A stretch of 63,100 nt of DNA, counting the filler, from Candidatus Hydrogenedentota bacterium (GTDB taxonomy: Bacteria; JBFMHD01), in the NCBI GenBank assembly GCA_040752395.1. It is 4 parts of 4 records of this genome, joined end to end, with 100 filler letters (N's around TTAATTAATTAA, not from the genome) between each part and the next. Parts side by side here need not be neighbours in the genome. Positions count along the whole stretch, not along the records: positions 15,963 to 31,781 come from JBFMHD010000051.1; 3 more parts are not named here. One strand, written 5' to 3'. A model generated the notes under the pieces. It did no database searches. It was not told where the DNA came from and saw only the letters and a program-made list of their open reading frames with translations. Of the stretch, positions 20,848-30,089 are shown piece by piece. The position numbers and the translations under genes are program-made. The stretch's first letter is position 1; the number at the start of each line of letters is the position of its first letter.

Positions 20848-21556
20848 AAATTATTACCCCGAAACATTCAGGTTCGTGGAACCAGTTCTTTGTTTTGCTC
20901 CAGGCATAATACTTCGTCGCCTGATTAATATCTACATCTATGCGATAAAAATTGATAGCCCATTTCTTGCCTTTAATATTATCACTGATTCTTAAACTTT
21001 TTAAGGGTATTTTTATCTCAGTAACCCATCTCAGATGTTTATAGTCCTCTTCTACAGAAGAAGCAGTCTTTAATTCCTTGCAATCCCACTTTATAGCGTT
21101 TTCAAAATCTATTTTTTGAGAATACTTTATATATGCATCAAATACGGTATTAACAGGGTTCACTTCAAACTCAAAATAAGTTTTGCCCTCTCCTTTGATA
21201 TCTATAAATACTTCACAAGCATCGTCACTGTAGACAGGGCCATCGTTATCTGTTATGTTGTTTATCAGGATATCATCTTTGCATTCAAAAGCGATGTATA
21301 AGTTATCTTTGTCATAGCAGACCCGAACCACGGTCTCGTCTTTTACTTTTTTATTTGTCTTTATCTCATAAAACTCATTTAATTTTTTCGCACGCAACCA
21401 CACCCTCTCATCTAATCTGCCATCAATTACAATCTCTTTGTTGGTAAAGACAGCAGTGTATTTATTTATTCGAGTTGCAGAAAGAAGCAAGGAATAAGAA
21501 GTAAGAAACAAGAAAGAAGTAGTAAGTGGTAAGATAGAAACTATATTTCTTATCAT
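20840..21556 (-). CDS. Carbohydrate-binding family 9-like (DOMON) exported protein
   Basis: IDGRLDE..W, LYIAFECKD, DDACEVFID, YFEFEVNP, FHEPECFG; ATGA overlap with the sulfatase stop. Confidence 0.85.
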   Translation of the reverse strand: MIRNIVSILPLTTSFLFLTSYSLLLSATRINKYTAVFTNKEIVIDGRLDERVWLRAKKLNEFYEIKTNKKVKDETVVRVCYDKDNLYIAFECKDDILINNITDNDGPVYSDDACEVFIDIKGEGKTYFEFEVNPVNTVFDAYIKYSQKIDFENAIKWDCKELKTASSVEEDYKHLRWVTEIKIPLKSLRISDNIKGKKWAINFYRIDVDINQATKYYAWSKTKNWFHEPECFGVIIFK

Positions 21557-23250
21557 TTTAACTTTATCTCCACCCATTCACTGAATTTTCTCGGTTCTTT
21601 ATCAATAGCCACACGCATTTTATATGGGTTTCTTATAACAAGAAATGTTTCCCAGTAGTTTTTTGAAAACGGTCCAAAACTTTTTTTGTTACCTTTTACT
21701 TTCATAGTACCATCTAAATAATATAAACCATCACCAACCTTGTATTCTATAACGTAAGGGATAGCATCTTTTCCAGTCCAGGTAATATCAACCCTTCCCT
21801 GTAGATTCTCATAAGAAAGTATGTCTCCATTTTTCGGGAATATCAATTCAGGCGGTTCCGGGACATTGGTTAAATCAAGTTCCTCTTTTTCAAATAAACC
21901 CTTTATTTTTGCAATTAACCCCTTTTGTTTAATAGATTTTCCTTGTGGAACACTCTGTTCACAGCAAAGCAGCCAGTTGAATAATTTAGTCTTGTATTCT
22001 TTTGCGATCTCTGGATAAGTATCTATTACATTAATTAATTCGTCAGGGTCATCTTTTAAGTTAAACAACTCAAACCTTGTCACATCTTCTTTGTACTGAT
22101 AATGTATTAGTTTCCATTCTGATGTTCTGACAGAACGAATATAGTCAGTAACGTTTTTCGGGTCAGGTTCACTATAACCATATCTTGATGTTTCGCTGAA
22201 AGCTATCCGGTCTTCAGTCTCAAGTCCTTGTATCATTGGTAAAAGGGATTTCCCCTGTAAATATTCAGGTATCTCTATGTTCATTATATCAAGTATTGTA
22301 GGCATTATATCAATACCTCTTACCTGAAGCAATATCTTTTTGTCTACTGGCAATTCTTTTGGGAAACTAATAATAAACGGTGTATGGATTATCTCATCGT
22401 ATAAAGTCCCGGCAGATGATGTAGAGGCATGGCCTATGAAATTATGGTCAAGCAGCTCTTCACCATGGTCAGCACCAATAATGATTATAGTTTTATCGCG
22501 TAAATTATATTTATCAAGCATATCAAGAAGCCGTTTTATATCGTCATCCAGATATCTAATTTCAGCATCGTATAAAGCCTCAATAATTTCTTTATCTTCT
22601 GGTTTGAATTCAACCGAGCCTTTTTTAATCATATAATTCGTAAAAACACTCTTATATATCCGTTCTTTACTTTCGTCATTCTTATACATCGAATCATCTA
22701 AAAACATTTTTATATATGTATCAGTAGCATTATACGGTAGATGGGGGTGTAAAAACTGGTACCATATAAAAAATCTTTCATTACGATGAGCTTCTAACCA
22801 GTCCCAGGGAGCAGAGTCAGTTATAAAATCATCAAACCCTAAATTGCTATGGTTCTCATTTATCTGCCAGCCCTGTAATTTCGGAATCAGATAACCATAA
22901 TCCCGTAATATCTCAAGTGGCAGGTACCAATCCTGTGAGATGCTTATATCTCTTGTGACAACCTTGTGTACAGGTGATTCAAGCGAAGAAAAAATTGAGA
23001 CAAGGCTCTGATTGGTCCAGCCTGATGGATTTATCAGATTATAAAAAAGAACACCATTTTTAGCTAATGTATCTATTGTCGGACTCGTTACCCTTTTTGT
23101 ATAACCGTAACAATTTAAATGGTCGGGTCTAAAGGAGTCAGCAGCAATAAATAGAACGTTGTATAATTGCGGTTCCGCGTTTTTTATGAAAAAAAATATA
23201 ATAAGAAGAATTGTTATTAAGATAGCTATGGTCAATAAAATCTTTTTCAT
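21553..23250 (-). CDS. Sulfatase-like hydrolase (alkaline phosphatase superfamily)
   Basis: DSFRPDHL, TSPTIDTLA, PHLPY, ADHGEE, ELFNLKDDPDE; likely true start ATG 23250. Confidence 0.88.
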   Translation of the reverse strand: MKKILLTIAILITILLIIFFFIKNAEPQLYNVLFIAADSFRPDHLNCYGYTKRVTSPTIDTLAKNGVLFYNLINPSGWTNQSLVSIFSSLESPVHKVVTRDISISQDWYLPLEILRDYGYLIPKLQGWQINENHSNLGFDDFITDSAPWDWLEAHRNERFFIWYQFLHPHLPYNATDTYIKMFLDDSMYKNDESKERIYKSVFTNYMIKKGSVEFKPEDKEIIEALYDAEIRYLDDDIKRLLDMLDKYNLRDKTIIIIGADHGEELLDHNFIGHASTSSAGTLYDEIIHTPFIISFPKELPVDKKILLQVRGIDIMPTILDIMNIEIPEYLQGKSLLPMIQGLETEDRIAFSETSRYGYSEPDPKNVTDYIRSVRTSEWKLIHYQYKEDVTRFELFNLKDDPDELINVIDTYPEIAKEYKTKLFNWLLCCEQSVPQGKSIKQKGLIAKIKGLFEKEELDLTNVPEPPELIFPKNGDILSYENLQGRVDITWTGKDAIPYVIEYKVGDGLYYLDGTMKVKGNKKSFGPFSKNYWETFLVIRNPYKMRVAIDKEPRKFSEWVEIKLK

Positions 23251-23256
23251 AAAACT

Positions 23257-23370
23257 TCCTCTGAAAAACATTGTAACTATAATAATATCAAGTAGAAGCA
23301 AGAAGCAAGATAAACAAACATCTGGTTTTTCATACGTTGTGTAGAGCGCAAAAGCGATTAGGGGGCTCCT
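23257..23370 (-). mobile_element. Modular heptamer element (CCTCTGAAAAAC family)
   Basis: Near-identical to 5320-5414; overlaps the GH31 stop codon and the sulfatase SD. Confidence 0.85.
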
Positions 23371-25537
23371 TTACTAAACACTCTATCTTTAGCGATTTAC
23401 CACTGTATTCGATCGCTATTTCAAAACTACTAAAAAATGAGATTAGTTCATCAAAAACTTTATATACCCTCTTCCAGCGTATAATTTTATTGTTTATTTT
23501 AACACTATCTATAATTATTCTGTCAATAAAATGTAATATTAATCTTAACCTTCTTTTCTTTTTAACATTTTTATAATAGCCCGACATTTTACCAATAATG
23601 ATGATAACTCTGTTATTATCTGATTTGACTTTTACAGGGATTTTTATGTATTTACCCTTTTTATATTCATCTGTTATGCCGTCGTCTTCGTAATACACAA
23701 ATTCGCTCTGTTTATGCGGAAATATCTCAAAAGATAAAATGTCATTCTTCTTTTTACCAATATACGTAATATCTTGATTAACGGGTATTATCGAGCCCAT
23801 TTTTACAAAAAATGGTATTTTTGAGATGGGGATACCTAAAGCCTTAAGGCAATTACCTTTTATAGTAGTACCATCCTCTATATCTATCCATTCTCCATCA
23901 GGGAAAAATATCTGTTTTTTTAGATACTCTTTATTTTTCTGTGGTCTGACAACAGGTGCCACTAAGATATTATCACCAATCATATATTGATACTTAAATT
24001 CATAGGATTCAGCATCTTGCGGATAATTGTGATACATAGCCCTTATAATAGGGAGCGCCTCGTTATAGGAGATATGTGCGTGAGTATAAAAATATGGTAT
24101 TAGTCGGTATCTTAAACGAGTATATTTCCTGAATATTTCAACACTCTCCTTGTCATAATTCCACGGCTCTCTTATGCCGTGGTTACTATGAGTTCTCATA
24201 ATCGGAGAGAAACAACCGAACTCTATCCAGCGTATGTATAAATCTTTATCTAATTTATTGCTTAAAAAACCGCCTAAATCATGTGACCAGTAATTTGTTA
24301 ACACATTGCCTGCTGTATACGTGAAATAAACCTGATATGCGAGTGTCTTCCAGGTAGAAAAAGTGTCACCTGAAAACCAGACCGGATATCTATGAGACCC
24401 TATGCCACCCCATCTGCTTAATATTAAACCACGTTTCTTTGTACTCTCACTTCTGCTTTTATAATAAAAATAATTAAGCCGCATCTGGGGATTAAGTGTT
24501 TCATAACCATTACTGCCTGGTGCTATCTGGTCCACAGCACCCCAACCATCAACCCACCAGAAATCTATACCAAGCCTTATTTTAGGTTTTAATAAAAGCT
24601 CGCAGAATGCAGTAACCTCTTTTTTATTACCAAAGTTGCACCGCCATTCAGTCATATCCTTTTTAAGATACTTTTTTATTTTATCAAAACTTGTATCAGA
24701 GCACGCCAGGGTCTCAGATGAATTGTAACCTGGATGGTCATTCAACGAAAGTTTTATTCCAAGCCGTTTCATTTGCTTTATGAATTTTTCAGGATTATAA
24801 AAATATTTCTCATTCCAATCATAACCACGCCATCCCTCTTTTCTCCAATCAGTATCAATAACCATAACATCAATCGGGATACTAGATTCACGATACCGTT
24901 TAACTAAATCTATGAATTCATCCTGGGTATAAGCGTAGTATCTACTACACCAGTATCCAAAAGCGAAGAGAGGCGGTAGATTGGGTTTCCCAAAGATTTT
25001 AGAAAACTCAGATAACCCTGCTTTATAATTATTACCATACCCTATGAAAAAAAGGGTTTTATATCCCTTATTATATTCGAAACCTGGCCAATCTTTATTC
25101 TTATCCCAGAAGGTATAAGTATTGTCATAATACGCATAAACCCCGTTTCTGCTTAATACACCATCACTTAAATCACCGGGTTTAACACATTTAGGAAACA
25201 TAAACAGATGTAAGAAAGAGCCACCAAGGTTTTTATTATCCTTTTTACCATAATACCATTTTTTTGTTGAATTTTTATAGCTGTAAAATACCTGGAGACT
25301 CTTTTGGTTAAAACCAGCCCAAGCTGAGTTATATAGAATTTCTATATATTTTGTCTTTATTCTAAGAACCGAGCCCTTAATATTTACGATGGCGTCAGGA
25401 GGCATTATATTATTTATCTCTGTTACGAATAGCTCTTTATTAATAAATTTACCAGTGGGAGAATACTCTGCTTTGAATGAATAATCAGATAATAGAGTAA
25501 ATCTTGCTTTTTTAAAGTGGATAATGTGCTTTTTCAT
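23330..25537 (-). CDS. Glycoside hydrolase family 31
   Basis: IPIDVMVIDTDW, GIDFWWVD, FSGDT, WSHDLGGF, FSPIMRTH, REPW. Confidence 0.93.
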   Translation of the reverse strand: MKKHIIHFKKARFTLLSDYSFKAEYSPTGKFINKELFVTEINNIMPPDAIVNIKGSVLRIKTKYIEILYNSAWAGFNQKSLQVFYSYKNSTKKWYYGKKDNKNLGGSFLHLFMFPKCVKPGDLSDGVLSRNGVYAYYDNTYTFWDKNKDWPGFEYNKGYKTLFFIGYGNNYKAGLSEFSKIFGKPNLPPLFAFGYWCSRYYAYTQDEFIDLVKRYRESSIPIDVMVIDTDWRKEGWRGYDWNEKYFYNPEKFIKQMKRLGIKLSLNDHPGYNSSETLACSDTSFDKIKKYLKKDMTEWRCNFGNKKEVTAFCELLLKPKIRLGIDFWWVDGWGAVDQIAPGSNGYETLNPQMRLNYFYYKSRSESTKKRGLILSRWGGIGSHRYPVWFSGDTFSTWKTLAYQVYFTYTAGNVLTNYWSHDLGGFLSNKLDKDLYIRWIEFGCFSPIMRTHSNHGIREPWNYDKESVEIFRKYTRLRYRLIPYFYTHAHISYNEALPIIRAMYHNYPQDAESYEFKYQYMIGDNILVAPVVRPQKNKEYLKKQIFFPDGEWIDIEDGTTIKGNCLKALGIPISKIPFFVKMGSIIPVNQDITYIGKKKNDILSFEIFPHKQSEFVYYEDDGITDEYKKGKYIKIPVKVKSDNNRVIIIIGKMSGYYKNVKKKRRLRLILHFIDRIIIDSVKINNKIIRWKRVYKVFDELISFFSSFEIAIEYSGKSLKIECLVKEPPNRFCALHNV

Positions 25538-25611
25538 ATTGCGTAATCTATATAAAATTTATAAATTTTATCAATAAAAAACGCATCTCATTTACAACCA
25601 GGACATTGTTT

Positions 25612-26631
25612 ATGAAAACAACAAAAGAATGGAACGACTGGCACTGGCAAATTGCAAATAGTATCACAAGCTATAGTCAATTAAAAAAAATAATCAATCT
25701 TTCCTGGTTCGAATCCATAAAAACACTACAGATATTGCAAAAACCGCTTCGTATTACACCGTATTTTGCAAAACTCATTGATAAAAATAATACCAACGAC
25801 CCGTTACGTAGAACAGTTGTCCCCTCTATTTTTGAATTCAAAAAAACCAAAGGAGAAAAAAAAGACCCGCTTGATGAGGAAAAACAAAGTCCAGTAAAAG
25901 GGCTTGTTCATCGTTACCCTGATAGGGTACTTCTCTTAACAACATCGCTTTGCGCTACGTATTGCAGGTATTGCAATCGCAAAAGACTGGTTGGTAAAAA
26001 AAAGGGTTGTTATTTAAGTTTTGCTCAATGTGAAAGAATTTTTGATTATATCAAAAGTAATAAAAATATAAGAGATGTTTTGTTTTCAGGTGGTGACCCG
26101 TTAATACTTGAAGATGAACATCTGGATTATTTGTTAAAAAGAGTAAAGAGTATCCCAAACGTTGAGGTAATGAGAATCAGCACCAGGATACCTGTTGTGC
26201 TACCCTACAGAATTACTCGCTCTCTACTCAAAATATTAAAAAAATATCAGCCGCTCTGGGTGAATATACATTTTACTCATCCCTGTGAGATCACAGATGA
26301 GGTAGAAAAAACCTGCAACAGACTCGCAGATTCCGGGATACCGCTTGGTAGCCAGACCGTGTTATTAAAAGATATAAATGATAATCCTGAGGTATTAAAA
26401 AAATTATTTCATAAACTTGTAAGGCTTCGTGTTAGACCATATTATTTATTTCAATGTGAACGTGTGATAGGGTCAGCACATTTCAGAACAGAGATTAATA
26501 AAGGGCTTGAGATTATTTCTTCGTTAATTGGACATACCTCTGGTTTTGCTGTGCCTGCTTATGTTATGGACACACCTCGTGGTAAAGTCCAGTTATTACC
26601 AGGATTGAAAAATATAGACCGATTATTATAA
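25612..26631 (+). CDS. KamA family radical SAM protein (lysine 2,3-aminomutase-like)
   Basis: LVHRYPDRVL, CATYCRYCNR, SGGDPL, QTVLLKDIND, RVRPYYL. Confidence 0.92.
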   Translation: MKTTKEWNDWHWQIANSITSYSQLKKIINLSWFESIKTLQILQKPLRITPYFAKLIDKNNTNDPLRRTVVPSIFEFKKTKGEKKDPLDEEKQSPVKGLVHRYPDRVLLLTTSLCATYCRYCNRKRLVGKKKGCYLSFAQCERIFDYIKSNKNIRDVLFSGGDPLILEDEHLDYLLKRVKSIPNVEVMRISTRIPVVLPYRITRSLLKILKKYQPLWVNIHFTHPCEITDEVEKTCNRLADSGIPLGSQTVLLKDINDNPEVLKKLFHKLVRLRVRPYYLFQCERVIGSAHFRTEINKGLEIISSLIGHTSGFAVPAYVMDTPRGKVQLLPGLKNIDRLL

Positions 26632-26693
26632 TCGTGGATATTATTAGGTGCGTAAAATCTAATATTCTGACTGTAAAAAAATCGAAAATAATC

Positions 26694-26722
26694 TTGATAT
26701 TTAATAAAAAATGGCATATAAT
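26694..26722 (+). promoter_or_regulatory. Sigma70-type promoter (second copy at 27280-27308)
   Basis: TTGATA-17 bp-TATAAT upstream of each protease copy. Confidence 0.7.
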
Positions 26723-26748
26723 TAATTGAAAGGATTTAAGGAAATTTT

Positions 26749-27168
26749 ATGGGTAAAGTTTTTGAGAAAATAAAAATACAGAATTATGAGGATATTATTC
26801 GCGCAAAGGATGGTAGATTGGATAAAAGTAAAATTCGGCAGATTGAGGTCGAGGGATTGGTTGATACCGGAGCAACGTTATTGCAATTACCAAAAAATAT
26901 AGTTGATAATTTAGGATTAGAGGTTTACAGGGAAGTTACTGCCACTTATGCTAATGGGAAAAAAGAGATAAAAGGGGTAGCTGGCGGGATCAGACTTGAA
27001 ATTCTCGGTCGTCAGGCTGAAGTGGAGTGTATTGTTGAGGAAGAAGGGACAAATGTATTAATCGGACAGATACCATTAGAAGCAATGGATTTAGTTGTTG
27101 ATTGCCGTACTAATAAATTAGGACCTCGGCCTGAATCGCCAGATATGGCTATGATAGATATGTTCTAA
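26749..27168 (+). CDS. Clan AA aspartic protease (retropepsin-like), copy 1
   Basis: LVDTGAT catalytic motif, LIGQIPLEAMDLVVD. Confidence 0.9.
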   Translation: MGKVFEKIKIQNYEDIIRAKDGRLDKSKIRQIEVEGLVDTGATLLQLPKNIVDNLGLEVYREVTATYANGKKEIKGVAGGIRLEILGRQAEVECIVEEEGTNVLIGQIPLEAMDLVVDCRTNKLGPRPESPDMAMIDMF

Positions 27169-27334
27169 TGTTTATTGACCACTGTTTATGCCACCGAAAC
27201 CCAGAACATTGAGGATATAGCGAGCACCTTTAGGTGCGTAAAATCTAATATTCTGACCGTAAAAAAATCGAAGATAATCTTGATATCTAATAAAAAATGG
27301 CATATAATTAATTGAAAGGATTTAAGGAAATTTT

Positions 27335-27754
27335 ATGGGTAAAGTTTTTGAGAAAATAAAAATACAAAATTTAGAAGATATTTTTTTATCAGAAAAAGGA
27401 TATATTCTTAAAGATAAAATTAGAGAAATTGAGGTCGAAGGTCTTGTCGATACTGGTGCAACCTTACTACAATTGCCTAAAGATATTGTTGATAAATTAG
27501 GATTAAAAATTTACAGGGAAGTTACTGCCACTTATGCTGATGGCCGAAAACAAAAAAAGAGTGTGGCAAGAGGGCTTTTAATTGAAATTCTCGGTCGTCA
27601 GGCTGAAGTAGAATGCATTGTAGAACCAGAAGGGTCGCAGGTACTGATCGGTCAAATCCCTCTGGAGGCGATGGATCTGGTTGTTGACTGCAGAACGAAT
27701 AAATTGGGTCCGCGACCAGAATCGCCTGATATGGCTATGATAGATATGTTCTAA
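27335..27754 (+). CDS. Clan AA aspartic protease, copy 2
   Basis: LVDTGAT; same length as copy 1. Confidence 0.9.
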   Translation: MGKVFEKIKIQNLEDIFLSEKGYILKDKIREIEVEGLVDTGATLLQLPKDIVDKLGLKIYREVTATYADGRKQKKSVARGLLIEILGRQAEVECIVEPEGSQVLIGQIPLEAMDLVVDCRTNKLGPRPESPDMAMIDMF

Positions 27755-27772
27755 CGTCCTTTTTTATTTCTT

Positions 27773-27905
27773 GAGATCTCTTTTAAACCCTATCTCGCTT
27801 ATGGGTTACAAAGTGACAAAGGCAAAAGAGACACAAAGGAATATAAAAAACCTCAAAAACTTTGTGCCTTTGTGCCTTAAAAAAACGACTTTTAAAAGAG
27901 ACCTC
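27773..27905. mobile_element. MITE with GAG(G/A)TCTCTTTTAAA inverted ends
   Basis: GAGATCTCTTTTAAA / TTTAAAAGAGACCTC; internal CTTTGTGC repeats; partial reverse copy near 45968-46015. Confidence 0.75.
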
Positions 27906-28098
27906 TGGAGAGATTATTGAGCGAGATTATGGTATCGCTTGTTTTGTGATTGATGGTATAGGTAAGGGTGGTTCAGATGTTATCTTTGGTGAGGAGACTG
28001 CTGCTGAATTATTAGGATTGCTTACACTTGAAAGTATGGCATTAACTGTAGATACAAAAACAGGTGAATTAAAACCAATAGAATTGTTTTTATTATAG
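27906..28098 (+). pseudogene. C-terminal fragment of a third aspartic protease
   Basis: VIFGEE...LLGLLTLESMALTVD..TGELKP; the DTG-containing half is missing and the MITE abuts the fragment. Confidence 0.75.
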
Positions 28099-28283
28099 AA
28101 TTTTTGGGTGTCCTATTAGATTCTTATATTGTGAGATCTGTGCAATTCGAGCAGAATTTTAACTTAACTACCTTGTGTCAAAAGTCCTCAAATAGAAGTT
28201 TGGTTGGTGGCACTGCCACCTTAGGCTTTATAAGTATGGGAGTTTACATAATATCATATAAAAAAAATTTTTGAAATTAATAC

Positions 28284-28311
28284 TTGACAAAAGTTTAAAA
28301 ATCTGTAAAAT
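28284..28311 (+). promoter_or_regulatory. Putative sigma70 promoter of the porin gene
   Basis: TTGACA-16 bp-TAAAAT. Confidence 0.55.
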
Positions 28312-28602
28312 TATATAATCTAATAAATTTTTATTAAACTCCTTAATTCTCCTCTGGCAGTGCTTTGTGCTCTGGAGGACAAGTTCCTGAACGCTTATTG
28401 TCACGTTTGCAGGAACGCGGTTCTTTAATTGTTTTAAAAAGGAGGTGAAGCAAAGATTTCAAGGTCTGGATTGAAATACGGACCATAAAACCAGAGAACC
28501 AGAAACATTAGGGAGAGAAAGTATAGATCCCAAGATTCAAAAAAAGAGTTTGAAAATTTGGCGCCGTAGAGCGCTGTTAACATAAATTTCGGAGGACGTA
28601 TA

Positions 28603-29775
28603 ATGAAAAAGGCTATTTTAGCAATAATTATGACTTTCTGTTTGGTTACCGTAGTATATGCTGACATTGAGATATCTGGTCATGTTGTTACAGTCTGGTC
28701 AGATGCACAGTACGATGAGCTGACTGCCAGAGGGACATCGGCAGGAGTACCATTGGCATTGACAATGGGTAGTGGTCCCCAGGTGATTGAGAATAACCCG
28801 TTATCAAGTGGTGTTTACCAATTAAATTCGACTGCTGCAGCTGCTGCAGATGTATTAGCGGTTGCAGAGATCGAGCTTGATATCGATGCTGATATTACTG
28901 ACAACATCTCAGCAAGGATCGATCTTGAAGCTGCTGAAAATCTTGGTCCAGATGTCGAAGCTGCTTACATTAAACTTGTACAGCCATTTGATGTGCCGTT
29001 TGATGTTATCGTTGGTAAGTTTGTTGCTCCGGTTGGCGTCGAGCCACAGGAACAGATTGACAGAAAACTTATCACAAATTCATTACCTGATAAATTTCTT
29101 CCAAATACTCTAACAGGTATAGCAGTCACTGGAACAGTTTCAGCGATTGACTATGTAATTTTCTATGTCAATGATCTTGATGCTGGTGACAATGATCGTA
29201 ATGAGGTTACTGATGGTTCGAATGCAATTGGTGCGAGACTTGCTACAAGCCCGCTTGAAGGTCTTGATATCGGTATCGCATACGCAGTCGAGAGCTTAAA
29301 TGATGTTACCAATCTCAATCCAACTGACGTTGATTTTAGAGTACTTGACGTCGATGCAGTGTATGCAAATGGGCCATGGGAAATCCGTGGTGAATATTTA
29401 GCTGCAAGCGAAGACGATTCAGCTCCAGAAATTGTTTATGTCGGTGGTTTTAACACAAATGGAGACCAGGATGTGGATGCTTACAGTATTCAGGTTTCTT
29501 ATGATGTAGATGAACAGATCAATGTTGTTGCAAGATATGCGAATGAAGAACCTAATCAGGCAAATGCAAGAAGAACCAATAACAATCTAGGAGCTACTAG
29601 AACTGCGCTTGGGAATGAGTATACAGTAGTATCAGTTGGTGCTTCGTATGCATTCAGCGAAAATGCGATTTTCAAGATTGAATATTCTGATATAGATACA
29701 GAAGAAGCTACAGGTGTCCCAGTATATGACCCAGATGACAATCTTATTGCATGCGAGTTAACAGTTGCCTTCTAA
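28603..29775 (+). CDS. Outer-membrane beta-barrel porin
   Basis: Signal peptide, alternating beta-strand pattern (EAAYIKL, VIVGKFVAPVG, WEIRGEY, FKIEYS), terminal Phe, GGAGG SD. Confidence 0.85.
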   Translation: MKKAILAIIMTFCLVTVVYADIEISGHVVTVWSDAQYDELTARGTSAGVPLALTMGSGPQVIENNPLSSGVYQLNSTAAAAADVLAVAEIELDIDADITDNISARIDLEAAENLGPDVEAAYIKLVQPFDVPFDVIVGKFVAPVGVEPQEQIDRKLITNSLPDKFLPNTLTGIAVTGTVSAIDYVIFYVNDLDAGDNDRNEVTDGSNAIGARLATSPLEGLDIGIAYAVESLNDVTNLNPTDVDFRVLDVDAVYANGPWEIRGEYLAASEDDSAPEIVYVGGFNTNGDQDVDAYSIQVSYDVDEQINVVARYANEEPNQANARRTNNNLGATRTALGNEYTVVSVGASYAFSENAIFKIEYSDIDTEEATGVPVYDPDDNLIACELTVAF

Positions 29776-29791
29776 GTTGATGATGTAATTC

Positions 29792-29838
29792 AGCAAAAGA
29801 AAGCCCGGGTTGGGTTAACTGACCCGGGCTTTTTTGCT
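29792..29838 (+). terminator. Rho-independent terminator
   Basis: AAAGCCCGGGT...ACCCGGGCTTTTTT downstream of the porin gene. Confidence 0.9.
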
Positions 29839-29957
29839 TTAAAATAATTTTCTTGATTTTTAATAGGATTGATTATATAAATATATTAATGATGAAGCCA
29901 CAGATAAGGCTCGCTGTTTAATGAGGTTTTTATCTTAAGTATTTTAGGATATAATGT

Positions 29958-30034
29958 GGGCGCATAGCTCAGGTGGTGAGAGTACTTGCTTGACATGCAA
30001 GGGGTCGAAGGTTCAAGTCCCTCTGCGCCCACCA
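29958..30034 (+). tRNA. tRNA-Val(GAC)
   Basis: GGGCGCA/TGCGCCC acceptor stem, CTTGC-TTGACAT-GCAAG anticodon arm, GGTTCAAGTCC T-loop, encoded CCA. Confidence 0.96.
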
Positions 30035-30089
30035 CTCTCACTTCTTACTTCTTGTCTCTTTCGTTATCTTACTCTAAAGGATATAAATT

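Noticed and set aside
23251-23301. N-terminal extensions in the ORF track for the sulfatase, nitroreductase (46651-46698), apt (58719-58784) and lpoB (61016-61195)
   Set aside because: These are translations of repeat elements upstream of better SD-ATG starts
27862-27905. N-terminus of the 78-aa ORF 27862-28098
   Set aside because: Derived from MITE sequence; only the downstream part resembles a protease
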